From Kiloniellaceae bacterium (GTDB taxonomy: Bacteria > Pseudomonadota > Alphaproteobacteria > Kiloniellales > J153): a stretch of 64,000 bases of DNA. Below the pieces are notes generated by a model, which searched no databases, was not told the origin of the DNA, and saw nothing but the letters and a program-made list of their open reading frames with translations. Position numbers and translations under genes: made by a program. Within the stretch, counting starts at the first letter, position 1; each line of letters starts with the position of its first letter. Below are positions 56,228 through 64,000 of this stretch, piece by piece. The DNA lies in assembly GCA_021776055.1 (NCBI GenBank), contig JAJFGP010000144.1, positions 865-64,864 of the forward strand, given 5' to 3'.

Positions 56228-57118
56228 TTAGGTGGAGGCTGATTCGGAGCCTTTCGTTAGAGACGTCAAGACGCCGTTCTCGTCGACGTATCCCAGGCGG
56301 GTGAGTTCCTTGCCGCAGGCCTGTTTCAGATTTTCCACCTGCTCCGCGCTCAGCACACCCTGCCAGACCCCGATCCGCCCCTCGCGAAAGAACGGCACTT
56401 TTCCATGAGGATCGCCTTCCGCGAACCCGTGCGCTTTTTCTTGGCCGGCAAGGGTGTCGAAATCGGTTGCTTGAATCGAGTCGGCCAGCCGGGCCTCATC
56501 GATCCGCGCGTTCAAGAACGTCAGAACCTGAGCGAAGGTAGCCATTGGCGAGCGCACCATGTCCTCGTAGCGAAGAACGAGCGGGGACAATCCGGCAGCA
56601 TCGATCCAGCTCGCCTGAAAGCGCTGCCAGCTTGTGGGAAATTGATCGACATAGGTCTCGTCGGCCGGCACATAGTAGGTATCGGTCGCCAGGGCCTGAA
56701 CAGCGCGCTCGATGGGCATTCCGGTGTGATGCCCGAAAGAGACCGCAACATCGAAGGGATTCCGGACGACGAGTATCGCCCCGGCAGTGGCGTCCGGGGT
56801 GATGAGCGGGACGCCCGCGACGTGAATACAGGCATTGTGGGTCTTGACGAAGGTGACACCCTGGGCATTTTGTTGTGCTACCTGCCGGTGCACTAAAGGC
56901 CGGACTTGCGCCATGGATTGCTGCGATTGGTCGTCCTGATCCATGCCCGCCCGCCGGTATCGGTCGACACCGCTATCCCCGATCCCGAACGAAATGGCTT
57001 GGTTTAATTCGAGTGGTCGGCCAAGCGGACGGTTCGCAGCAAAGTAGTTGGCCAGAAACAGCCGCAACCAGGTGTTGCCGGACTTCGGATAGGACGCCAG
57101 CCAAACAATTCCGCTCAT
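56228..57118 (-). CDS. PAPS-dependent sulfotransferase
   Basis: WLASYPKSGNTW 5'-PSB loop, KTH, VRNPFDVAVS 3'-PB, LRYEDM and FFREG..G.W. ATG 57118. Confidence 0.9.
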   Translation of the reverse strand: MSGIVWLASYPKSGNTWLRLFLANYFAANRPLGRPLELNQAISFGIGDSGVDRYRRAGMDQDDQSQQSMAQVRPLVHRQVAQQNAQGVTFVKTHNACIHVAGVPLITPDATAGAILVVRNPFDVAVSFGHHTGMPIERAVQALATDTYYVPADETYVDQFPTSWQRFQASWIDAAGLSPLVLRYEDMVRSPMATFAQVLTFLNARIDEARLADSIQATDFDTLAGQEKAHGFAEGDPHGKVPFFREGRIGVWQGVLSAEQVENLKQACGKELTRLGYVDENGVLTSLTKGSESAST

Positions 57119-57364
57119 CTGAGACGACGGCCCTCTCAATACCCGGCACGTTGCGATCCAGCCTGTGTGGCGCTCCTGGGTCTTTCTACATACCCCGGGC
57201 AGGGGAGGGCTAGCCCGATTTTGGCGGCCAGTCCGCCCGCGGTGGGCGATATGACGACTTGCCAGGGCCTGGAAGGCGCCGGGTCCGCAGGGCGAAGAGT
57301 CATCCATGGCGATGTAATTCATTGATATTTAATAGAAAAATTGCTCATGCTGACAGAATCAATC

Positions 57365-57440
57365 ATTCACATCGTGAATTTCATGCATTGACGATCATCG
57401 CCGCAAATGGTATTCATATCATGAATTTCACAACTTGAAT
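57365..57440 (+). promoter_or_regulatory. Promoter of the regulator-rfaH-asnB unit with tandem TTCA-N5-TGAA boxes
   Basis: TTGACG(57388-57393)-N17-TATTCA; boxes at 57366-57378, 57380-57392 (imperfect), 57413-57425 and 57427-57439. Confidence 0.7.
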
Positions 57441-57452
57441 GAACCAGAATCC

Positions 57453-58097
57453 ATGACCGGAAAGCCGAAAGAGCACGCGGAACTGGACTTTTTGGCCGCT
57501 ATCGAGTGCGGCGAAGTCGTCACGCAGATGACACTGCGGCAACGGATCGGTGTGTCCGTCGGGATGGTCAATGCCCTGGTAAAGAGGGCGGTTGGCAAAG
57601 GCTATGCAAAAGTGGGTCAGGCGCCGTATAAGCGCTTTGCCTACTACCTTACGCCGCAGGGGTTTGCTGAGAAGAGCCGGCTGGTCACGGAATATCTGGA
57701 AACGTCGCTCGATTTCTTTCGTACCGCTCGTAACGAATACGCCGAGACCTTTGTTCGGGCCAAACGCATTGGACTAAAAAGGATTGTCCTGGCGGGCCGC
57801 GGTGAGCTTACAGAGATTGCCGTGCTGGCCGCGTTGGGCGAAGGCGTCTCGATTTATGCCATCCTAGATCCCGAGGCGAACGGGGCCGAGCAGCATGGTG
57901 TCAAGGTCATCAGAGACCTGTCTGAGGCGGCGGCGATCGATGCCGTGATCATCACCGAGAGCAGATCGCCGCAGGCTACCTACGAGCAGATATGCGCGGC
58001 TTTTGACGCCTCGAGAGTATTCGCCCCGCCGTTGCTCCGCATCACGCCGAACCGGCGAGAACTGCTTGCGCGCGCCCGGCAGGAGGGGAAATCCTGA
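57453..58097 (+). CDS. Second EPS-associated MarR-type winged-helix regulator (paralog of 55317..55979)
   Basis: TQMTL..RIGVSVGMVN...KRAVGKGY, YYLTPQGFAEKSRL and LAGRGELTEIA. Start ATG 57453 (TTG 57435 possible). Confidence 0.88.
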   Translation: MTGKPKEHAELDFLAAIECGEVVTQMTLRQRIGVSVGMVNALVKRAVGKGYAKVGQAPYKRFAYYLTPQGFAEKSRLVTEYLETSLDFFRTARNEYAETFVRAKRIGLKRIVLAGRGELTEIAVLAALGEGVSIYAILDPEANGAEQHGVKVIRDLSEAAAIDAVIITESRSPQATYEQICAAFDASRVFAPPLLRITPNRRELLARARQEGKS

Positions 58098-58594
58098 TGC
58101 GCTGGTACGTTGTGTGTTGCCAGACCCGGCAGGAAGCCCGCGCCGATCTCAATCTTCGCCGCCAGGGGTTTGAATCTTGGTTGCCTCGCTTGCGGCAAAC
58201 GCGGCGGCATGCGCGGCGCATCGACAACGTGTTGGTTCCCCTGTTTCCCGGCTATTTGTTTGTGAGCCTGGATTTGGATCAGCAGCCTTGGCGCTCAATC
58301 AACGGCACATTTGGGGTGCGCCGCCTTCTCTGCGAGAACGAGCGGCCGGCACCTCTCGTGCAAGGGTTTATCGATACCTTGCGGGAGACCGTGGATGAAG
58401 ACGGTTTGGTCGCCGTACCGAAGGACGACTTCAAGTGCGGCGATCAAGTGCGTCTGATCGCGGGCCCGTTCGCCGATATGGTTGGCACGCTCGCGCGCCT
58501 AACCGACAAGGACCGGGTCGCGGTGCTGTTGAATGTGCTGGGGCGTGAAGTGCAAGCGTTGGTTTCACGCCGGGTGTTGGTGTCGGCCGGCTGA
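58097..58594 (+). CDS. rfaH: RfaH-type NusG paralog (transcription antiterminator)
   Basis: WYVV, NL.RQGFE.WLP, PLFPGYLFV, WRSINGTFGV and KOW GDQVRLIAGPFA; R V.VLL..LG. Confidence 0.88.
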   Translation: MRWYVVCCQTRQEARADLNLRRQGFESWLPRLRQTRRHARRIDNVLVPLFPGYLFVSLDLDQQPWRSINGTFGVRRLLCENERPAPLVQGFIDTLRETVDEDGLVAVPKDDFKCGDQVRLIAGPFADMVGTLARLTDKDRVAVLLNVLGREVQALVSRRVLVSAG

Positions 58595-58643
58595 GCTAGG
58601 GCTGGTCCGCACCTCTCTTTAACGGATTTATGGCGTTAGGTCG

Positions 58644-60557
58644 ATGTGTGGCATCGCGGGACTATTCGCGATCGACGGGAGTCTCGACGATGACGCGCTG
58701 GCTCGCGTTGGCGGTGCCATGGCCGATGCGATCGCGCATCGCGGGCCGGATGGGCAGGGGGTGTGGACCGATGATGGTCTCGTTCTGGCACAGCGTCGGC
58801 TTGCCGTTATCGATCTGACACCGACGGGTGCGCAGCCGATGCTCTCGGCGGACGGGCGCTGGGCGATTACCTACAACGGTGAGCTCTACAACACGGAAGA
58901 TACCCGGCAGCAGCTTGCGTCACGCGGCATAAATTGGCGCGGCACGTCGGATACCGAGGTTTTGCTTGAAGCCGTGACGGCGTGGGGCTTGGAGCGGGCG
59001 CTCGCGGCTATCAACGGCATGTTCGCCATGGCCCTTTGGGACCGGCGCGAGCGGCGGCTCCACTTCGTTCGTGACCGGCTTGGTATCAAGCCGCTCTATA
59101 TCGGCCGGCAGGGCGGTCGAATCGCGTTTGCGTCGGAATTGAAGGCCTTAGCTGTTCTGCCCGGCTTTCTTGGCGAGATGGATGAAAGCGCGTTGGCCGG
59201 CTTCCTTCGTTTCGGCTATGTCCCGGCGCCACGGTCGATCTGGAGCAATGTCACGAAAGTTCAACCTGGTGAATGGATCTCCGTTGGCGCCGACGGGCAG
59301 ATGGATAAGCGGTTCTATTGGTCCGCGGCCGAGATTGCGCGCAATGGTCTCGACAATCCATTCACTGGTGACGACACGGCCGCCGTGGATGCTCTTGAAA
59401 ACCTTCTCACGGACGCGGTTGGGCGGCAGATGGTCTCGGACGTGCCGCTTGGTGCGTTTCTGTCGGGTGGTATCGATTCCTCGACTGTTGCCGCGCTCAT
59501 GTGCCGGGCGGAACGTGGACCCGTGCGCACCTTTACAATCGGTTTCGCCGAGCGAGGGTACGATGAAGCAACGCACGCGGCGCGTGTCGCCGCACACCTG
59601 GGCACGGACCATACGGAGTTGACCGTCACGGCGGCGGATGCGCTTGCTCTCGTGCCGCGCCTCGCCGACATATACGACGAGCCGTTTGCCGATAGCTCGC
59701 AAATCCCGACTCATCTCGTCTCACTGCTTACCCGTCGCCACGTTACCGTAGCCCTATCGGGTGACGGCGGCGACGAGCTTTTTGGCGGTTACAACCGGTA
59801 CTTGTTTTCCGCGCGCTGGGGCCGCCTACTCGCATGTGTGCCGCGGGGCGCTCGTGCCGGCTTGGCCGCGGCCCTTCGGCGCCTACCAGCGGACTCGCTT
59901 CATGGTTTGCTAAGTCGTCTACCGGGACTACCGCCACTCGCAGCGGATAAACTCCTGAAAGTTGCGGAGATTCTGCCTCTCGATTCCGACGGGATCTACC
60001 GCCGTTTGGTCAGCCAAATCGGCGATATCGCACCACTTATCCCCGATGTTCTAGAGCCGCGCTGGCAGTTTGACGATGATCCTCTCGCCGGTCGCGGCGA
60101 TACGGTAGACCGCATGCAAAGTCTTGATACGACGACCTATCTGCCTGACGACATCCTGACAAAAGTGGACCGCGCCTCCATGGCGCCGGCGCTTGAAGTG
60201 CGCGTGCCCTTGCTCGATCATCGTGTTGTCGAATTTGCCTGGCAGCTTTCGCGCGGGATGAAAATCCGAGGCGGCACGGGAAAGTGGGCGCTTCGCCAGG
60301 TGCTGGCGCGCCATGTGCCGCGCGACCTAGTGGAGCGGCCAAAACAGGGTTTTGGCGTGCCGCTGGCCAGTTGGTTGCGCGGACCATTGCGCGACTGGGC
60401 AGAGGACTTGCTTGATCCCTCGCGACTGGGTGCGCCGCTTGCGCCTAGCCCGGTGCGTCGCATGTGGACCGAGCACCTTAGCGGTCGCCGCAATTTTGCC
60501 TACGGCCTGTGGAATATTCTGATGTACGAGGCTTGGCGCCGACGCTGGGTGGTGTGA
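58644..60557 (+). CDS. asnB: Asparagine synthase-like glutamine amidotransferase (glycan amidation, WbpS-like)
   Basis: MCGIAG, HRGPD, RRLAVID, NGELYN, LSGGIDSS, SGDGGDELF, KVDRASM and RPKQGF. Confidence 0.93.
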   Translation: MCGIAGLFAIDGSLDDDALARVGGAMADAIAHRGPDGQGVWTDDGLVLAQRRLAVIDLTPTGAQPMLSADGRWAITYNGELYNTEDTRQQLASRGINWRGTSDTEVLLEAVTAWGLERALAAINGMFAMALWDRRERRLHFVRDRLGIKPLYIGRQGGRIAFASELKALAVLPGFLGEMDESALAGFLRFGYVPAPRSIWSNVTKVQPGEWISVGADGQMDKRFYWSAAEIARNGLDNPFTGDDTAAVDALENLLTDAVGRQMVSDVPLGAFLSGGIDSSTVAALMCRAERGPVRTFTIGFAERGYDEATHAARVAAHLGTDHTELTVTAADALALVPRLADIYDEPFADSSQIPTHLVSLLTRRHVTVALSGDGGDELFGGYNRYLFSARWGRLLACVPRGARAGLAAALRRLPADSLHGLLSRLPGLPPLAADKLLKVAEILPLDSDGIYRRLVSQIGDIAPLIPDVLEPRWQFDDDPLAGRGDTVDRMQSLDTTTYLPDDILTKVDRASMAPALEVRVPLLDHRVVEFAWQLSRGMKIRGGTGKWALRQVLARHVPRDLVERPKQGFGVPLASWLRGPLRDWAEDLLDPSRLGAPLAPSPVRRMWTEHLSGRRNFAYGLWNILMYEAWRRRWVV

Positions 60558-60704
60558 ATTGATTTAGGTTGCGAGATGGCTTTAATCGCGGACAATAGTG
60601 CCCCCTATGCCGATGAGGGTTTGCGGAGGTCGAAGAAGACCTCGCAGATACGGCTGAAAGGCCCACATTGGGCATCGGAATTCCACTGAGTTAACTAACC
60701 GATT

Positions 60705-62951
60705 TTGCGTTTGAACATTCTCAAAATTCACTTAGGGCGGGCAGGCAGAGTTGTTGTTTCTGCTGCGTTACTGCTTGCGGTTGCGGCCTATCTCTTTCGC
60801 ACGGGCGTTGTAGAGGTCCCGGCTGGTCTGGGATTCTCACATGTCCTTATTGCCGTCGTCTTTCTGTTTGCCAATGCGCTTCTAGCCGGCTGGAGACTCT
60901 CTGTCTTGGCTCGCCTTGAGGGGCACCCCTTGGCCTTGCGTACAGCACTTGAAGCCAATGCGGCGGGAGCTGCGTTGTCGCAGGTCATGATTAATTTTCT
61001 CGGCCAGGCGGCCGGTCGAGTCGCGATCATGCGCCGGGCAAACATACCTGCCGATGTAACGATTACGATCAGCGTTATCGAGCGACTGACGGCCACCGCT
61101 GTTTTAACAAGCGCGGCCGTCGTTGCGGCGTTTTTTTTGTTCGGAAAGATCAGCTTCGGGCAAGGGGCGGAGATAGATTATCTTTTGGAGGCCGGGTTTG
61201 GCCTCACCGTATCGACGCTGTTTGCCGGCGTATTTGTTTATCGCGGCCTGCTGCTCGACGTCGCGCGCCAGCTAGATTTTGGGAAGATAGGTGCCGGCTT
61301 CCTCGCCATCGCCGGAATATCTCTCGTCGTGCATGGGGCGATGCTCTCGGCCTATCTGACGCTTGCCTGGGCATTCGCCGAAGATGCCGCGCTTATCGAT
61401 TTGGTGACGGCGTGTTTGATTGTCATGTTCGCGGCAAGCCTGCCGATCAGTTTTGGCGGATGGGGCGTGCGAGAACTTTCCGCCGCGGCGGTTCTGCCCT
61501 TTGTCGGTTTGACAGTCACCCAGGGTGTGTTTGTCGCTCTACTCGTCGGTGTAGGCTCGCTTATCGTCCAGCTTCCTATCTGGCTTGCTGTCTCAAACCG
61601 TGCCCAGAAAGACTCTGTGGCGGCACCTGTCCCCGAGGATAGGAGCAGAACAGTGGGGCAAACCGGCCACGCGTATTCTTCGTGGCTTGGCCTATTTGTG
61701 CCGGTGTTGGCGTCGATCGCCATTTTTTTCAATGTGCATTTGCCGACAACCGGTGGGGATTTGAATATCAATCTTGCCGATCCTTTGGCAATCGTCGGTG
61801 GGGCGCTATCGGTCGCATATTGGCTTGAACGTGGTGCGCTGCCACGCTGGCGTGTCCCCGCGCTCAACACGCTTACGGTGCTTGCCCTGGCGGTTTTGGT
61901 TTTGGCGGCCATCATTGGTTTCGTGGATTTTGGCTTTTCAGTCTGGGCGTTTCGGAACCGGCTGGGCGGTTGGCTTCTTCTTCTGGCGTATGCCGCGACA
62001 GGCGCGCTGATGGTGCTCAATCTTGGCGATGACGGCCGAAGAATGCTGTTGAAGGGGTTTGTTGTGGGGCTGACAGCCATTGCCGTTCTTGCGGTCGGCC
62101 AACTAACCTACGGTCTGCTGGGCTTGACATTTTTCGGTGAGGCCACACCCCGCAACTTGGAAGGATTTTCCCAGAACACCAACGCCTTCACATTTCTACT
62201 TGCCGGTGGCATATGTGCGATCATCGCTCTTCTAAGGGCGGAAGACTCTCGATCGAAGCAGCGAATTTGGGTGCTTGCCGCGGCCGTACTTGGCACGGCG
62301 CTCGTTCTGACTGGCTCTCGAGCCGGTTGGGGTACATTAGCTCTCGTTTGTCTGGCCGCGCTGTTGATCGACCGACATTTGATCAAGCCGGTATTGAAGG
62401 CGGTTACGGCGGGGGCTGCGCTGGTTCTGCTCGTGGCATATATGCCAACTATCGACTTCGCGGGTGGCGAGACCGCGGGTAGCAAGACAGGGATCACCAC
62501 AAATGTATTTGAGCTGCAGAACAACCCTGATTCCAACACAGTCGCGGACACGGAACGTTGGGTATCGATCAATGGCGGCCTGCGCCTGTGGCAGGAGAAT
62601 CCTATTTTTGGCGCTGGGCTAGGCGCGTACTTCGAAGAAACAAAACAGGCAGGCAAGCCGCTTGTCACACATAACACGCTGGTTTGGCTGCTTGCGGAAA
62701 CCGGGTTGTTTGGTTTTCTCGCGTTCTTTGCGGCCGGTTTAACGATTCTATGGGCAATGATGCGCCGCCTTCGTGATCCCACGGATGTGGGGGCGACCAC
62801 AATTTTTCTGTTTCTGCTTGCGTTTGCCTCGATGTCGATGGTCCACGAACTGTTATATCAGCGTGTACTTTGGTTCGTGCTCGGTGTTTGCCTCGCAAGT
62901 GTTCCCGCTCGACGAATTGAGCCGCCTTCGGACAAGGTGGAGATACATTAG
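60705..62951 (+). CDS. Fusion of a lysylphosphatidylglycerol-synthase-TM (flippase-like) domain and an O-antigen ligase/Wzy_C domain
   Basis: N-half IERL and LPISFGGWGVRE; C-half N.N, TGSRAGW, R...W.ENPIFGAGLG, THNT...LAETGLFG. Confidence 0.8.
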   Translation: MRLNILKIHLGRAGRVVVSAALLLAVAAYLFRTGVVEVPAGLGFSHVLIAVVFLFANALLAGWRLSVLARLEGHPLALRTALEANAAGAALSQVMINFLGQAAGRVAIMRRANIPADVTITISVIERLTATAVLTSAAVVAAFFLFGKISFGQGAEIDYLLEAGFGLTVSTLFAGVFVYRGLLLDVARQLDFGKIGAGFLAIAGISLVVHGAMLSAYLTLAWAFAEDAALIDLVTACLIVMFAASLPISFGGWGVRELSAAAVLPFVGLTVTQGVFVALLVGVGSLIVQLPIWLAVSNRAQKDSVAAPVPEDRSRTVGQTGHAYSSWLGLFVPVLASIAIFFNVHLPTTGGDLNINLADPLAIVGGALSVAYWLERGALPRWRVPALNTLTVLALAVLVLAAIIGFVDFGFSVWAFRNRLGGWLLLLAYAATGALMVLNLGDDGRRMLLKGFVVGLTAIAVLAVGQLTYGLLGLTFFGEATPRNLEGFSQNTNAFTFLLAGGICAIIALLRAEDSRSKQRIWVLAAAVLGTALVLTGSRAGWGTLALVCLAALLIDRHLIKPVLKAVTAGAALVLLVAYMPTIDFAGGETAGSKTGITTNVFELQNNPDSNTVADTERWVSINGGLRLWQENPIFGAGLGAYFEETKQAGKPLVTHNTLVWLLAETGLFGFLAFFAAGLTILWAMMRRLRDPTDVGATTIFLFLLAFASMSMVHELLYQRVLWFVLGVCLASVPARRIEPPSDKVEIH

Positions 62952-62978
62952 GTACCATGCAAATCGAGTAGGAGAGTT

Positions 62979-63536
62979 GTGCAAGATTCTAACGTAGCCA
63001 GCGCCGAGATCGTCGATTTCTGGTTCGCTGCCGGGATGGAGAAGCGATGGTTTGTGCGTGACCCGGCTTTCGATGCCGAAGTTCGCACGCGGCTGGCCGA
63101 ATGGTATGAGCGCGCGGCAACAGGTGACTTGGATGACTGGCACGGCACGGCGGCGGGGTCCGTTGCGTTGTGCGTGCTGCTCGATCAGGTCCCGCGGAAT
63201 CTGTTTCGTGGGCAAAGCCGCGCTTTCGCAACGGATGCGGCGGCGCTGACGGTTGCTGGTCACGCCGTTGACCGTGGTCACGACCGCGCGTTGCCGCAAG
63301 CCCAGCGGGTGTTTCTTTACCTGCCGTACGAGCATAGCGAATCCCTGGCCGATCAGGACACTTCTGTCCGGTTGTTTGGCCAGTTGGAGGAAAATTCGCA
63401 GTGGCTGGATTATGCCATCCGCCACCGCGATGTGATCGCGCGCTTCGGCCGGTTCCCGCATCGCAATGCCGCCCTTGGCCGAACCAACACAGCCGGGGAA
63501 ACGGCCTTCCTGGCGACCCCCGGCTCCTCCTTCTAA
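62979..63536 (+). CDS. DUF924 family protein
   Basis: FWF, LLDQ.PRN.FRG, FLYLPYEHSE and RFGRFPHRNAALGR. Confidence 0.92.
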   Translation: MQDSNVASAEIVDFWFAAGMEKRWFVRDPAFDAEVRTRLAEWYERAATGDLDDWHGTAAGSVALCVLLDQVPRNLFRGQSRAFATDAAALTVAGHAVDRGHDRALPQAQRVFLYLPYEHSESLADQDTSVRLFGQLEENSQWLDYAIRHRDVIARFGRFPHRNAALGRTNTAGETAFLATPGSSF

Positions 63537-63549
63537 GCAAGCGCAAACC

Positions 63550-64000
63550 ATGCGTATCGCGACCTTCAATCTGGAGAATCTGGACGACGGGCCGGATGTG
63601 CGTCCGGCGCTGGATGATCGTATTGCGGCCTTGCGGCCTCCGTTGGTGCGCCTTGCCGCCGATGTCTTGTGCCTACAGGAAATCAATGGCCAGCGGTCCC
63701 CAGGCGGCGGGCCGCGCCGTCTCGTGGCCCTGGAACGGTTGATTGAAGAGACGCCGTATGCCGGATTTCATATGGTTTCTTCGCAGCGTGTCCCGAGAGG
63801 AGATCACGACGGCAATGAGTTGGACCGCGGCGCCGATGCGGTGCACAACTTGGTCATCTTGAGCCGCTATCCGGTTCATGCCAGTCGCGAGCTTCGCCAC
63901 GATCTGGTCGACCGACCGCTCTACCGGCCGACGACCGCCAAGCCAAAAGCGCCTGCCGAGCGGCCGGTGGAATGGGACCGGCCTATTCTTCAGGCCACCC
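63550..64000 (+). CDS. Endonuclease/exonuclease/phosphatase family protein (partial)
   Basis: MRIATFNLENL...ADVLCLQEI; the frame runs off the window end. Confidence 0.85.
   Translation, partial: MRIATFNLENLDDGPDVRPALDDRIAALRPPLVRLAADVLCLQEINGQRSPGGGPRRLVALERLIEETPYAGFHMVSSQRVPRGDHDGNELDRGADAVHNLVILSRYPVHASRELRHDLVDRPLYRPTTAKPKAPAERPVEWDRPILQAT

Noticed and set aside
58632-58639. GGCGTTAG ops-like octamer just before asnB
   Set aside because: Only 7/8 of the core, lacks the downstream TG and overlaps the RBS region; too weak to call.
1-64000. rRNA, tRNA, CRISPR arrays, prophage or defence genes
   Set aside because: None recognised; intergenic gaps are short and contain no cloverleaf or regularly spaced repeats that I could see.

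Overview
This is a GC-rich (about 60-68%), probably alphaproteobacterial (Rhodospirillales-like) window. Almost all of it is one very large surface-glycan (LPS O-antigen/capsule/EPS) locus. About 55 kb of tightly coupled minus-strand genes run from a winged-helix regulator (55979) through an ops-like leader and a complete pseudaminic acid pathway (pseB, pseC, SpsF-type cytidylyltransferase, Pse-associated methylase, pseG-pseH fusion, pseI). Downstream lie KpsS-like transferases, about 10 SAM methyltransferases, three radical SAM enzymes (one B12-binding), a reversed HldE-like enzyme, a split transketolase, two paralogous 2OG-Fe(II) oxygenase/LIC12192-like pairs, a kinase-glycosyltransferase fusion, a PglK-like ABC flippase, a second NeuB-cupin/NeuA/HAD ulosonate module, an MBOAT/SGNH acylation pair, gmd and GT4 enzymes. 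A divergent plus-strand unit encodes a second paralogous regulator, an RfaH-type NusG paralog, an AsnB-type amidotransferase and a flippase-like/O-antigen-ligase fusion. Structure not explained by the ORF track includes: a 31-bp inverted repeat and five or six TTCA-N5-TGAA operator-like boxes at both regulator promoters; a hairpin plus ops element; a low-GC three-gene cassette (YLDPGTG small protein, NoeA-like kinase-methyltransferase, sulfatase-like membrane protein) that appears to split a methyltransferase; internally deleted GmhA-like and HAD scar ORFs; an inverted two-gene island; and an IS3 remnant. No rRNA, tRNA or CRISPR array was seen. All family assignments are from motif recognition and memory, not database searches.
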